Below the pieces are notes generated by a model. It saw nothing but the letters and a program-made list of their open reading frames with translations, had not been told where the DNA came from and did not search any database. From IMG/VR virus record IMGVR_UViG_3300029286_000009, positions 195,733 to 259,732 of that record: 64,000 nucleotides of DNA. One strand, written 5' to 3'. This document shows positions 18,923 to 27,508 of the stretch, piece by piece (position 1 is the stretch's first letter; each line of letters opens with the position of its first letter). The translations under genes were made by a program, and so were the position numbers.

Positions 18923-19366
18923 ATGGGTTATTTGGATGTTAAAGCACTGGTGGTCTCGCGGGAAAAGATGGATATGGATGGATTTGCATTTTGTGCACGC
19001 AAGAGCAATTATAGGAACTACGATACCGAGACTGCCATAACTAATGTGATTAGTAAGATGCAAGGCACTGATTATGGTGTGTGTATCTTATATGAGCAAC
19101 CAGGAGACCAGCCTAACTTAGTAAGAGTAATAGACAGGATTAGGAACAACGTAAAGGCAAAACGAGTTCCTGTTGTAGTAGTAACAAATTTGCATGCAAC
19201 AGAAACTGATATGGATAGTTACTATGAGGCGGGAGCTCAATTGGTAATACCTAAAATGGGTGATAGCCAATTAAAAATGTTACTATCAGTAGTGGCTAGT
19301 TTTAGTGAATTTGTAGCGAGATTTCCTGAAAAGATGCAATTCAGGAATTACGTTTCTAGTAGGTGA
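18923..19366 (+). CDS. atypical (pseudo-)receiver domain protein
   Basis: C-terminal half is REC-like (VPVVVVT...YYEAGAQLVIPK); no canonical phospho-Asp (ILYEQ). Confidence 0.6.
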   Translation: MGYLDVKALVVSREKMDMDGFAFCARKSNYRNYDTETAITNVISKMQGTDYGVCILYEQPGDQPNLVRVIDRIRNNVKAKRVPVVVVTNLHATETDMDSYYEAGAQLVIPKMGDSQLKMLLSVVASFSEFVARFPEKMQFRNYVSSR

Positions 19367-19371
19367 ACGAC

Positions 19372-19889
19372 GGGGCACACAGGTATCGACAGACGTTATG
19401 AGTAGATTTGTATTGGTGGTCGGTGTGAGTGGTACCGTAAATCATTCGAATTATAAATGCCGAAGATAATTCTTTCGACATGCTCTCAGCTTTTTGTGAA
19501 GCCGACCGTAAGGTTAGTGTAGCATACGCTGGTTAATAGGGCGGAGTTCCCAGTAACTTATCAACAGAAAACTGGGTGGCGGAGGCAAGTGGGTTTTATA
19601 CCTGCTTCCTCTCCTGGTTACGAGGCTAAACTGACCTGGTGGAGGCACGCGGGAAACCGCGTCCCCTAAATCCTATGCAAGTAGGTATCCTAGTGTCAGG
19701 CATTAGGATAGAGATGGGTAGGGTAATCGCCACCGTGCGGGAAACCAAACCTTCTAGCCCGCAAAAGTCAGCGGCGGGGTCTCGAAAAGGCTGGCAAACT
19801 CTCTGTCGGGAGTATAAATATGGACTACACCATCTAAATTTACATTTCGAAAGGCGGACTGGATCTGGGTTCGACTCCCAGGTGCTCCA
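19372..19889 (+). ncRNA. ssrA: tmRNA (enlarged, about 518 nt)
   Basis: Acceptor stem GGGGCAC/GTGCTCC with G3.U wobble and discriminator A; D-loop GGTATCGAC; T-arm CTGGG-TTCGACT-CCCAG; resume context ATAAAT-GCC; tag 19459-19536; CCA not encoded. Confidence 0.92.
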
Positions 19890-19950
19890 TAAAATTGTCT
19901 TATAACAAAGCATTGCTCCCGAAGACATACAAGATTTGTATAATAAACAT

Positions 19951-20140
19951 TGTAATTGGGTCGATGTCAAAGGTTTTAGGCATCTCCGATCGCCAACTGC
20001 GACGTATCCGAAAGATGCATATTAGCTGATCTGCCATGTGTAGAAACAGTAAAGTTAACGTCAACAGTGCTAGGCGGGGCGTTGATGGTTGATACTAGTC
20101 TAGCGGGGGAATAGTTAACGTGACTGTTCCCCCATTTCAT
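19951..20140 (+). ncRNA. candidate structured non-coding RNA or leader
   Basis: TATAAT at 19939; several hairpins, ending in GGGGGAATAGTT/GACTGTTCCCCC. Confidence 0.35.
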
Positions 20141-20166
20141 ATGTAAAGAAGGTAAGGAGAGGTTAA

Positions 20167-21393
20167 ATGGCGGAAGTTTTGAGTCAAGAAGTAGTTGTAT
20201 ATCAAGAGCATATAGTGGATTTTTATGGAGACCAAATTATATCGATACAGGATGAAAATAATGATGTGTGGTCTCCTGTAAAGGGATTGTGTGGTGCGAT
20301 TGGCATCAAAGGTGTCCAAGACCAGATTAACAAAATTAAAAATGACGGGGCCTTCAGATTCAAGGCTAGCCTTGTAACTGCCCTAGATGGTAAGAATTAC
20401 TCAACTTTTTGTATTCACGCTGATGATATTCCGATGTGGTTAGCAACAATTGGTACCGGTCGCGTTGATGAGAGTGTAAAAAGTAAGTTGATTCTATATA
20501 AGAGAGAGTGTGCTAATGTATTGCGGGACTACTGGACTAAGGGTGCTGCTGTAAATCCCCGTTTGGGTAATCTTGATGTAGACCAGATTAAGAACATTGT
20601 TAATGAAGCTCTACAGGTTGCATTGGACGAATACAGACAGGCTAGGACGCCTGAGGAAATTGCTCAACTTATCTTTGAGCGAGACGTTGTTATTTTGGCT
20701 GAGACGGCGAACCGTGTAGAAAGTCCCTTTCGTGATTCTATTTACAGACGCATCGAAGTGCTTATGGACAGTCGTTTTGGTAAACTAGAACCTGCTGAAG
20801 AAGCAGAATTAGTAAAGGGACTTACTCCTTTGACCGAGAGCCTATTCCGTAAGCTATATTTGGGGCAGGGTTGGTGCCGAGATAAACTAGCTCTTTATTT
20901 CCCTAAGGAACTGAGTAGCAAGACACAGTTTGACCAGCTCCTAAAGATGTGGGATATTCCAGCACCTAAAAGGCAGTCTAGAACTTCTATCGCTTTCGCC
21001 CGCCGACTTTTGCGAGAAAATCATGTTAATAAGAAGACCATAAATCAGTTGATTACTGAGTTCAATAGGTCGCGGGAGTCTATTTTGCGGGCTATCAGTG
21101 ATCAATGGAATTCTTTGAACAAGTCTTTCAAGAAATATTGCACCGCAGGCATAATTCCTAAAGGCAGGGCTTACAGTGATTATATTGATAGGTCTCCACT
21201 TTGGGTAGCCAAGCGTGAAGCTTTTAAGGAGACTTTTGATAATACTTGTTTCTATTGTGGATACCAGTCCCCTACTGGTATTGCGGTACACCATCTAAAC
21301 TATATCCGTAGCGGACAAGAACTACCAACAGATTTGGAAATTGTTTGTAACACTTGCCACCAGAAGCGGCACAAAGAGAAGTATAACGTGTAA
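20167..21393 (+). CDS. P22 Ant-type antirepressor N-domain fused to C-terminal HNH nuclease
   Basis: VDFYGD...VKGLCGAIG..QINKIK...DGKNY..CI..IPMWLATI...YKRECANVLRDYWTKG; CFYC..VHHLNY..G.E...DLEIVCNTCHQKRH. Confidence 0.8.
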   Translation: MAEVLSQEVVVYQEHIVDFYGDQIISIQDENNDVWSPVKGLCGAIGIKGVQDQINKIKNDGAFRFKASLVTALDGKNYSTFCIHADDIPMWLATIGTGRVDESVKSKLILYKRECANVLRDYWTKGAAVNPRLGNLDVDQIKNIVNEALQVALDEYRQARTPEEIAQLIFERDVVILAETANRVESPFRDSIYRRIEVLMDSRFGKLEPAEEAELVKGLTPLTESLFRKLYLGQGWCRDKLALYFPKELSSKTQFDQLLKMWDIPAPKRQSRTSIAFARRLLRENHVNKKTINQLITEFNRSRESILRAISDQWNSLNKSFKKYCTAGIIPKGRAYSDYIDRSPLWVAKREAFKETFDNTCFYCGYQSPTGIAVHHLNYIRSGQELPTDLEIVCNTCHQKRHKEKYNV

Positions 21394-21404
21394 GGGAAGG
21401 TATA

Positions 21405-22034
21405 ATGGACTTTGAAATAGAAGTTAGGTCAGCAGGTGAGCTTTGTGAGAAGCTTCGTAATGTTACGTTGAGGGGCAGTACAATACCCCCTTATTTGAAT
21501 TCTTTTATTAGAATTGAAACCTTTAACCCCCGCAATTTATCACCGTGTCAGCGGTACGCTTTATTACCGGAGCTCAAGAAAATAGAGGAATTGCGGTGGG
21601 AAATTCTTAGAGAATACGGGCAAGACATTTTACAGCTAAATGGCTATCTGAAGTGTCACTACCCAGATAAGACTATTGACATATTACCGCCGGTCTGTGA
21701 GGAGTATGTAACACCTTGGGGTGAGTTGAAAGCCATCATAAACGACGGGTTGCATCGGGTATTTTTAGCCTATCAGATGGGTATTCCTGTGAACGTTGCT
21801 TACATTAGGGGGGTGCATCCGGGTTACCCCTATTACGCGCATATGAATCCCAAAGGATTTGACGACATTGAACTTATAGAGGAAATACCGGAGAATTATG
21901 TGAAGAAGTTTCATGTTGCCAAAAACCACAAAGAGCTTTTCAGAAATTTCAGTAGTAAATTTGAGAACGTAGGGGACTCAAGACCTAGGAAACAAGAGAC
22001 CTTCCCTGAGGAAGTTTTAAAGCTTTTGGGATAA
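21405..22034 (+). CDS. ParB/Srx N-terminal-like protein
   Basis: LPPVCEE...IINDGLHRVFLA motif. Confidence 0.55.
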   Translation: MDFEIEVRSAGELCEKLRNVTLRGSTIPPYLNSFIRIETFNPRNLSPCQRYALLPELKKIEELRWEILREYGQDILQLNGYLKCHYPDKTIDILPPVCEEYVTPWGELKAIINDGLHRVFLAYQMGIPVNVAYIRGVHPGYPYYAHMNPKGFDDIELIEEIPENYVKKFHVAKNHKELFRNFSSKFENVGDSRPRKQETFPEEVLKLLG

Positions 22035-22115
22035 ACAATCTAGAGGTACAAGACACACAATTGAACCGGCTAGAAACAAACCTACACATGTAACTATCTT
22101 CTCGGACTGGAAAAA

Positions 22116-23186
22116 ATGACAGAACGCTATCAAAATTTGGCTTTGACGTTGCGCCCGCAACAGTTCAAAAATTTTATTTACAATGATCACATTGTAACGA
22201 TACTGAAGAACATTGTCACGTCTGGTAAAATTCCGGCAGGTTTGCTCTTCTCTGGCTCGCGGGGACTAGGGAAGACAACTCTGTCTCGTTTATTTGCCAG
22301 AGCAATTAATTGTAATAGCAGAAAAACTGCAGAACCTTGTGGTAAGTGTGAAAGCTGTCAATTATCTATGGCACAGAGACATCCTGATATATTAGAAATT
22401 AGTGGGTCTACTAACGGGAATATAGAGGATATAAGGCGTATTATAGAGCAGGCTATGCTTACTCCGGCAATTGGTAACTACAAGGTATTTATTATTGATG
22501 AAGCTCAGGGGCTGGGCAGATCTACAGCTTCATGGAATTCACTATTAAAGATTTTAGAAGAGCCGCCCCCACATGTCGTTTGGTTGTTTTGCACGACTGA
22601 AAAGGTCAAGATACCTGAAACGATTAAGTCGAGGTTAATAACGTTAGACTTAAAGTTAATTCCTACCCCTATAATTGAGAACTACCTTAAGAAGTTGCTT
22701 GCTGATGTTAAAGGCGAATCGGTTGCTCCCGTTGTTGCTCGCGTTGCCTGTAATTCTATGCGGGATGCCCTGACTTTGTTAGAGAAAGTGATATTGTACT
22801 GTAAAACCCCCAAGATTGGGTTTACGGAAGCTAACGCATTGATAGCCTTGGGGGCGTTTGACGAAACCAAGACAGCCTGTATTCTGGATGCCATAAATAG
22901 ACATGACTGTAAGGATTTGTGGTGTATACTAGAGGGGCTAGTTGATTCGGGGGTGGATTTTGATACTCTATATAATGATGCCTTAGTCGCAGGAGTTACT
23001 AATCTGATGGGAGTAATGTTGGGGGCACAGGTTGATAGAGGGGATTTGTATCAACCTTTTGTACAAATGGGCTCTCCTCGTATATTATATTTATCGGACG
23101 TGCTGGCACGGCGTAGTAAGCAATTTCATGAGGCTGAAAATAAGAAGTTCGTTCTAAGACTAATAGCGTTGGAGTTGTGTGCATAA
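22116..23186 (+). CDS. dnaX: DNA polymerase III clamp loader gamma/tau subunit
   Basis: LALTLRPQQF, GSRGLGKTT, NC...PCGKCESC, VFIIDEA, LLKILEEPP, PETIKSR, SMRDALTLLE. Confidence 0.92.
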   Translation: MTERYQNLALTLRPQQFKNFIYNDHIVTILKNIVTSGKIPAGLLFSGSRGLGKTTLSRLFARAINCNSRKTAEPCGKCESCQLSMAQRHPDILEISGSTNGNIEDIRRIIEQAMLTPAIGNYKVFIIDEAQGLGRSTASWNSLLKILEEPPPHVVWLFCTTEKVKIPETIKSRLITLDLKLIPTPIIENYLKKLLADVKGESVAPVVARVACNSMRDALTLLEKVILYCKTPKIGFTEANALIALGAFDETKTACILDAINRHDCKDLWCILEGLVDSGVDFDTLYNDALVAGVTNLMGVMLGAQVDRGDLYQPFVQMGSPRILYLSDVLARRSKQFHEAENKKFVLRLIALELCA

Positions 23187-24064
23187 TGTATTTTTCTGAT
23201 TTTATAAGCAACCCTACCAGGGCTAAGTCTTATTTTCTTTCAGGTAAAGATGATTTCCTGAAAGAATATCTGGTGGGATACATTTCTAAGATGCACAATA
23301 AGTCAGTTATTCGTTTGGATAAAAAGCAGCCCCCGAAGTATATGGGTAGTTCATTCTTATTCAGGGAGGAACCTTTGTGGGTAGTTGATCCAGCAACCAC
23401 TTTCATTCCCGAGGGGCTTGCTATAAAGTTAGGTAATAAAATAACTAAGCCTTATACTAGTGCTGGATATGTAGAGATTGTTTGTAGTTTGACTTTCGAT
23501 AATCAAATTGAGGACTTTGTAAAGCAATTGGCTTTAGTGGCGGGGCTAAATACTAGTTCAGAGTTCATCAAATATATATGTTATCTAAACCAATATGACC
23601 CATGTTCTTGCTGTAATACAGTTAACTTGATAAGTTTGCATAAGAACATTTCTTTCGAAGAGATACCACTAATTAGTGGTAGTATTGTGAACCCAGATAT
23701 AACTACTACTGTTAATCATTTTGTAGATGGGAAGTATAGTTACGTCTTAACTGACATTATACAGGCTAAGGTTGACTCTAGATTGCTTTGTTTCATTCTA
23801 GCAGATACGATTGCACGTGCCATGGATACAGTTGGGGTGGTGAAACCTACGTGGATGCAAAGGCGTTTACTGCAGCTCTGGTCTAAGTTAGAACCACTAA
23901 ATGTAGGTATTATTCTGTCTACTCTAAATTCAATCCATAGAGATATCTTGTCTCCCACAGCAGTCATACGATCGCGTCTAGTTTATTTAGTGGCGTATAT
24001 TGGGGGATGGTCAAATATTAACATAGGAGATGTCAATAGAAATAATGGATATTACGAAGAATGA
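23177..24064 (+). CDS. putative clamp loader delta (HolA-like) subunit
   Basis: SYFLSGKDDFLKEY resembles HolA vYLlyGee.yl; coupled to dnaX. Confidence 0.55.
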   Translation: MCIMYFSDFISNPTRAKSYFLSGKDDFLKEYLVGYISKMHNKSVIRLDKKQPPKYMGSSFLFREEPLWVVDPATTFIPEGLAIKLGNKITKPYTSAGYVEIVCSLTFDNQIEDFVKQLALVAGLNTSSEFIKYICYLNQYDPCSCCNTVNLISLHKNISFEEIPLISGSIVNPDITTTVNHFVDGKYSYVLTDIIQAKVDSRLLCFILADTIARAMDTVGVVKPTWMQRRLLQLWSKLEPLNVGIILSTLNSIHRDILSPTAVIRSRLVYLVAYIGGWSNINIGDVNRNNGYYEE

Positions 24065-24470
24065 TAGGGCTTTCTATACTGCCGCTATAGACTTTGTGAC
24101 TGAAAACCTTGAGATAGTAAACAATTTTGTTGCTCTAAATGGGTTGTCGGGGTCGTTGGGCCAGGATTTGTCTGACGTGGTCATAATAGGCATCAAGAAG
24201 TGGCTAACGAGTCCAGAAGGTGAGGGTTGGTTGGGTACCTTAGGATATAAACGTTCTGGTAAACCTGAAAAGACTTATTTAGATCGGGTATGTCCAGTTT
24301 GTAGCGGAATACATATGCGGTATGCTAATGTAAGATGTGAGCGGTGTGGGCGCTATATGTGCCATCCTTGTACGTCTGTAGTTGATTCTAGATATCATAT
24401 CATATGGTGTGACCATTGTATCGCAGACGTGGCGTTAATAAACTTTCCTAGTAGCATTAGAGAATACTAG
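24030..24470 (+). CDS. hypothetical protein with C-terminal Zn finger
   Basis: CPVC, CERC, CHPC, CDHC. Confidence 0.55.
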   Translation: MSIEIMDITKNDRAFYTAAIDFVTENLEIVNNFVALNGLSGSLGQDLSDVVIIGIKKWLTSPEGEGWLGTLGYKRSGKPEKTYLDRVCPVCSGIHMRYANVRCERCGRYMCHPCTSVVDSRYHIIWCDHCIADVALINFPSSIREY

Positions 24471-24493
24471 TTTTTTTATTTAGGAGGCTTATA

Positions 24494-24736
24494 ATGGCAA
24501 GAGAGTGGGAGGAGACCCCAGAAGCTGACAATCTGGATTATGATGACAACCCCTACATTTCTCCGGGTGATAATGCTTCTCGTCGGTATTGGGCACGTGA
24601 AGCATGGTTATACCGCCCAGAAGACTTAGAGGAGCATGACAGTCGCCGTGGGACTGACCGGAGGTATATGCGTGGTATGAACAAATATTTGCGAGACGAA
24701 CTTCGTTTGCGAAATAATACTGAGGGGTTGGTTTGA
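24494..24736 (+). CDS. hypothetical protein
   Basis: AGGAGG RBS. Confidence 0.55.
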   Translation: MAREWEETPEADNLDYDDNPYISPGDNASRRYWAREAWLYRPEDLEEHDSRRGTDRRYMRGMNKYLRDELRLRNNTEGLV

Positions 24737-24871
24737 TGAAGAAAACAGGTAAATTTTTTCAGAAAATGTTAGGGGATATACATAACGAAACTTGTATGTG
24801 TCGGCGTTGTCGTGCTAGGGTAGATGCTATGGAAAGGCGTCCCATACGCTTAGACTCAATACGGAACTGGG

Positions 24872-25621
24872 ATGATGTTAGGGAAATTACCGAAGTTACA
24901 GAAGAATATAACGAATAGTCAAAATTTACGAGAGGCTGGACGTGTCCTACGGGACGCGTTCAACCTCATCTTAACGTATGTCCAGCCGGGGGTCTCCTTG
25001 CAGGATATAGACTTTCGTGTAGAGAAATTCTTACGTCAAAACCACGCCTTGTCCACGCCCCGTCTCCTCAATTTTCCTTACCAGTTTTCGGCATCCATTA
25101 ATTATGAAGTAGTAAATGGATACCCAGATGATAGGTGTGTGGTAGCAGGCGATATAATATCAATAGATATGGGCATTTTTTGTAGGGGTGTGTTTGTGGA
25201 TAAAGCGGTGTCTGTTGCATTTCCTCCAGTTAGTGGTAAAGTAGCTTACTTACTTAAAGCCGCACAAGACTGCTTAGATGTAGGAATACGGTCTTCTGCA
25301 GCGGGAGCTAATAATAAGATTATAGGGAAGATGATAGAAATGACAGCGAATTATTACGGAATGTCTACATCTCCTCGCTTCTCTGGGCATGCTATAGGTG
25401 AGGAGCCACATATGTATCCTTTAATACCCAATGTGGCTAACGCTGCGGTTGAGGAGGTTATACTGAGAGAAGGGCAGAGTATTACGATTGAACCCATAGT
25501 ATTCTATGGCAGTTCTCATTCTATCGATTCTTCAAAACATCTTATTATTTCTGACTCAATAAGTGCTCACTTTGAAGAGACTATAATTATTCATAGTAAC
25601 CATGTTGAGGTTGTGACATGA
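24872..25621 (+). CDS. map: methionine aminopeptidase type I-like
   Basis: PGVSLQDID, SINYEVV, GDIISID, D, GHAIG, ITIEP, SAHFEETI metal ligands. Confidence 0.85.
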   Translation: MMLGKLPKLQKNITNSQNLREAGRVLRDAFNLILTYVQPGVSLQDIDFRVEKFLRQNHALSTPRLLNFPYQFSASINYEVVNGYPDDRCVVAGDIISIDMGIFCRGVFVDKAVSVAFPPVSGKVAYLLKAAQDCLDVGIRSSAAGANNKIIGKMIEMTANYYGMSTSPRFSGHAIGEEPHMYPLIPNVANAAVEEVILREGQSITIEPIVFYGSSHSIDSSKHLIISDSISAHFEETIIIHSNHVEVVT

Positions 25622-25950
25622 AAGAACTTCTATTTGTTATATGTGCTTATTCACTGGCAAGTATACTAGTTGAACAAGGTATTTTTAAAGAGCCCCGCGA
25701 ATGGCTAAAATCTTGTGTGGCAGACAATTCTAACTGGTTGCTACGCAAGTTTTGTGCTTTAATCCGTTGTATGTGGTGTGCGGGGGTATGGTGCGGATTT
25801 ATACTATGTTGGATGGGGTTTAATATAGTAGATATAAATCACTGGGATTTTTTCTTTTGTGGGCTGATAAGCGGTTTTACTACGTATTTAATTCATCAAT
25901 TTATGTTGCGTTTAGATATATATTTGAAAGAATTTGGGATTGAGTCTTAA
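25618..25950 (+). CDS. DUF1360-like membrane protein
   Basis: IFKEPREW...LIRCMWCAGVW; TM segments. Confidence 0.7.
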   Translation: MKELLFVICAYSLASILVEQGIFKEPREWLKSCVADNSNWLLRKFCALIRCMWCAGVWCGFILCWMGFNIVDINHWDFFFCGLISGFTTYLIHQFMLRLDIYLKEFGIES

Positions 25951-25968
25951 TTGGCTCTCTGACAGGGA

Positions 25969-26433
25969 ATGTTAATCGTGACCTATTGGGACGATGAGGA
26001 TAATAGAAAGGTATTAAGGGAAGAAAAACTGCGTGAAAAGCGGGGGCTCCTTGTTAAATCTGCTCCTCCACCAGTTGAGTCAGCTATAGATAAAGAACAT
26101 TTAGATAAGGTTCTTGCTATCTTAGAGCAACAAATGCAATTGACTGCCGCACAAACACAGCAGCTGAACGAATTGCATCAAGCATTAGATAACCAAGGGC
26201 AGGTTTTATCTAAGCTTTTAGAAAAAGAACCTGTTGTTATAACAGAAGGTGGCATTACAAAAACTGTAAAGAGGGCTTCCGAAGAATTGCCTATTCTTGG
26301 TGATATTGATGTAAATGTTGTGGATACTTCAGGTATCGAGACACAGGGGGAGGCAGGAGAGCAAAAAACAGAGGGCAATAGCGTAAAAGACCGTGTAGCT
26401 AGACTACGGGAATTAAAGAACAAGGGGAAATAA
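25969..26433 (+). CDS. coiled-coil protein, putative actin adaptor
   Basis: Q-rich coiled coil; basic C-terminal helix VKDRVARLRELK; 2 nt upstream of the actin gene. Confidence 0.55.
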   Translation: MLIVTYWDDEDNRKVLREEKLREKRGLLVKSAPPPVESAIDKEHLDKVLAILEQQMQLTAAQTQQLNELHQALDNQGQVLSKLLEKEPVVITEGGITKTVKRASEELPILGDIDVNVVDTSGIETQGEAGEQKTEGNSVKDRVARLRELKNKGK

Positions 26434-26435
26434 AG

Positions 26436-27491
26436 ATGGAGCAAAATCAGGAATTACTTAAAGAAATACCGGTATCTATTTCTTATCTTTCAGGAATCGG
26501 AGTCGATATTGGAACTAGCTTTCTTCAAGTAGCGAGAGAGAGAACAGATGGCAAGGTTGAGTTTGTGTCTGAAAGGGACGCTTTCTATGCGATTAAACCC
26601 ACGTCGGCGGTATCCGCAAAATTTATTGAAAAATCTCTTGTTCAGAAGGGGGCTTTTGTCTTAAAATCTGATGGCATCTTTTATGTAGTGGGTAGAGAGG
26701 CGATTGCTACAGCGATAGAAAGGGGTGGCTCGGTGGAGAGACCACTAAAGAAGGGTGTCCTTAGTATGAAGGATAAAGATGCAATGGGAATGCTTGCGGT
26801 TTTGCTTAAGTCGCTTGTCAAAGAAGCTCAAACCCCAGGAGAAATATGTGTTTATTCCTATCCGGCTGACCCGTTAGACCAGTCGTTTGATGTAGTATAT
26901 CATCAACATAGGATGGGAGAAATTCTAGGTAAAATGGGGTATAAAGCTGTACCACTGTTGGAATCAGAAGCTTTAGCGTACAGTGAGCTTATGGATGAAG
27001 ATTTAACCGGAATTGCGGTTTCATGCGGTGCTGGTATGTTTAATTTTGCGTGTTTTTCAGTTGGACAGTGTCTTCTTAGCTTCAGTATAGCCCAAGGTGG
27101 TGATTACATTGATAAATCTGTAGCTAAACCTCTAGACATTTCGGAGACCGAAGTGCAGGCGGAAAAGGAAAGTCCAACTATGGATTTGAATAATCCTAAA
27201 GGACAGATACAAGAAACTATAGTGATGTATTATGACAATTTAATCAAATATGTTTGTGATGTCTTAGAAAAGAAGATTGGGCAGTTCGATGAAATGCCTA
27301 AATTCACTAAGCCTATAACTATAGTTATATCTGGAGGCACTAGTCTTCCTAAGGGCTTTATGGAAAAGATGTCTGTTGCACTTTTATCTAAAAATTTTCC
27401 ATTTACGATTGGCAACATAAAACGTGCAGGAGATCCGCTCACGGCAGTTGCGAATGGTTGTTTAATATTTTCTCAAATGATGAGAGAATAA
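26436..27491 (+). CDS. actin-fold ATPase, volactin-like
   Basis: Phosphate-1 GVDIGTS; RPLKKGVL; YSYPADPLD; YHQ; ESEALAYSEL; SCGAGM; SIAQGGDYID; adenosine motif ISGGTSLPKGF; DPLTAVANG. Confidence 0.85.
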   Translation: MEQNQELLKEIPVSISYLSGIGVDIGTSFLQVARERTDGKVEFVSERDAFYAIKPTSAVSAKFIEKSLVQKGAFVLKSDGIFYVVGREAIATAIERGGSVERPLKKGVLSMKDKDAMGMLAVLLKSLVKEAQTPGEICVYSYPADPLDQSFDVVYHQHRMGEILGKMGYKAVPLLESEALAYSELMDEDLTGIAVSCGAGMFNFACFSVGQCLLSFSIAQGGDYIDKSVAKPLDISETEVQAEKESPTMDLNNPKGQIQETIVMYYDNLIKYVCDVLEKKIGQFDEMPKFTKPITIVISGGTSLPKGFMEKMSVALLSKNFPFTIGNIKRAGDPLTAVANGCLIFSQMMRE

Positions 27492-27508
27492 TCTTTAAGT
27501 AAAAAGGA

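Noticed and set aside
19862-19889. tRNA-like T-arm and acceptor end
   Set aside because: This is the 3' half of the tmRNA, not a separate tRNA; no other tRNA was recognised.
19626-19970. ORFs 19639..19905 (+) and 19626..19970 (-)
   Set aside because: They overlap the tmRNA body and 3' end; spurious.
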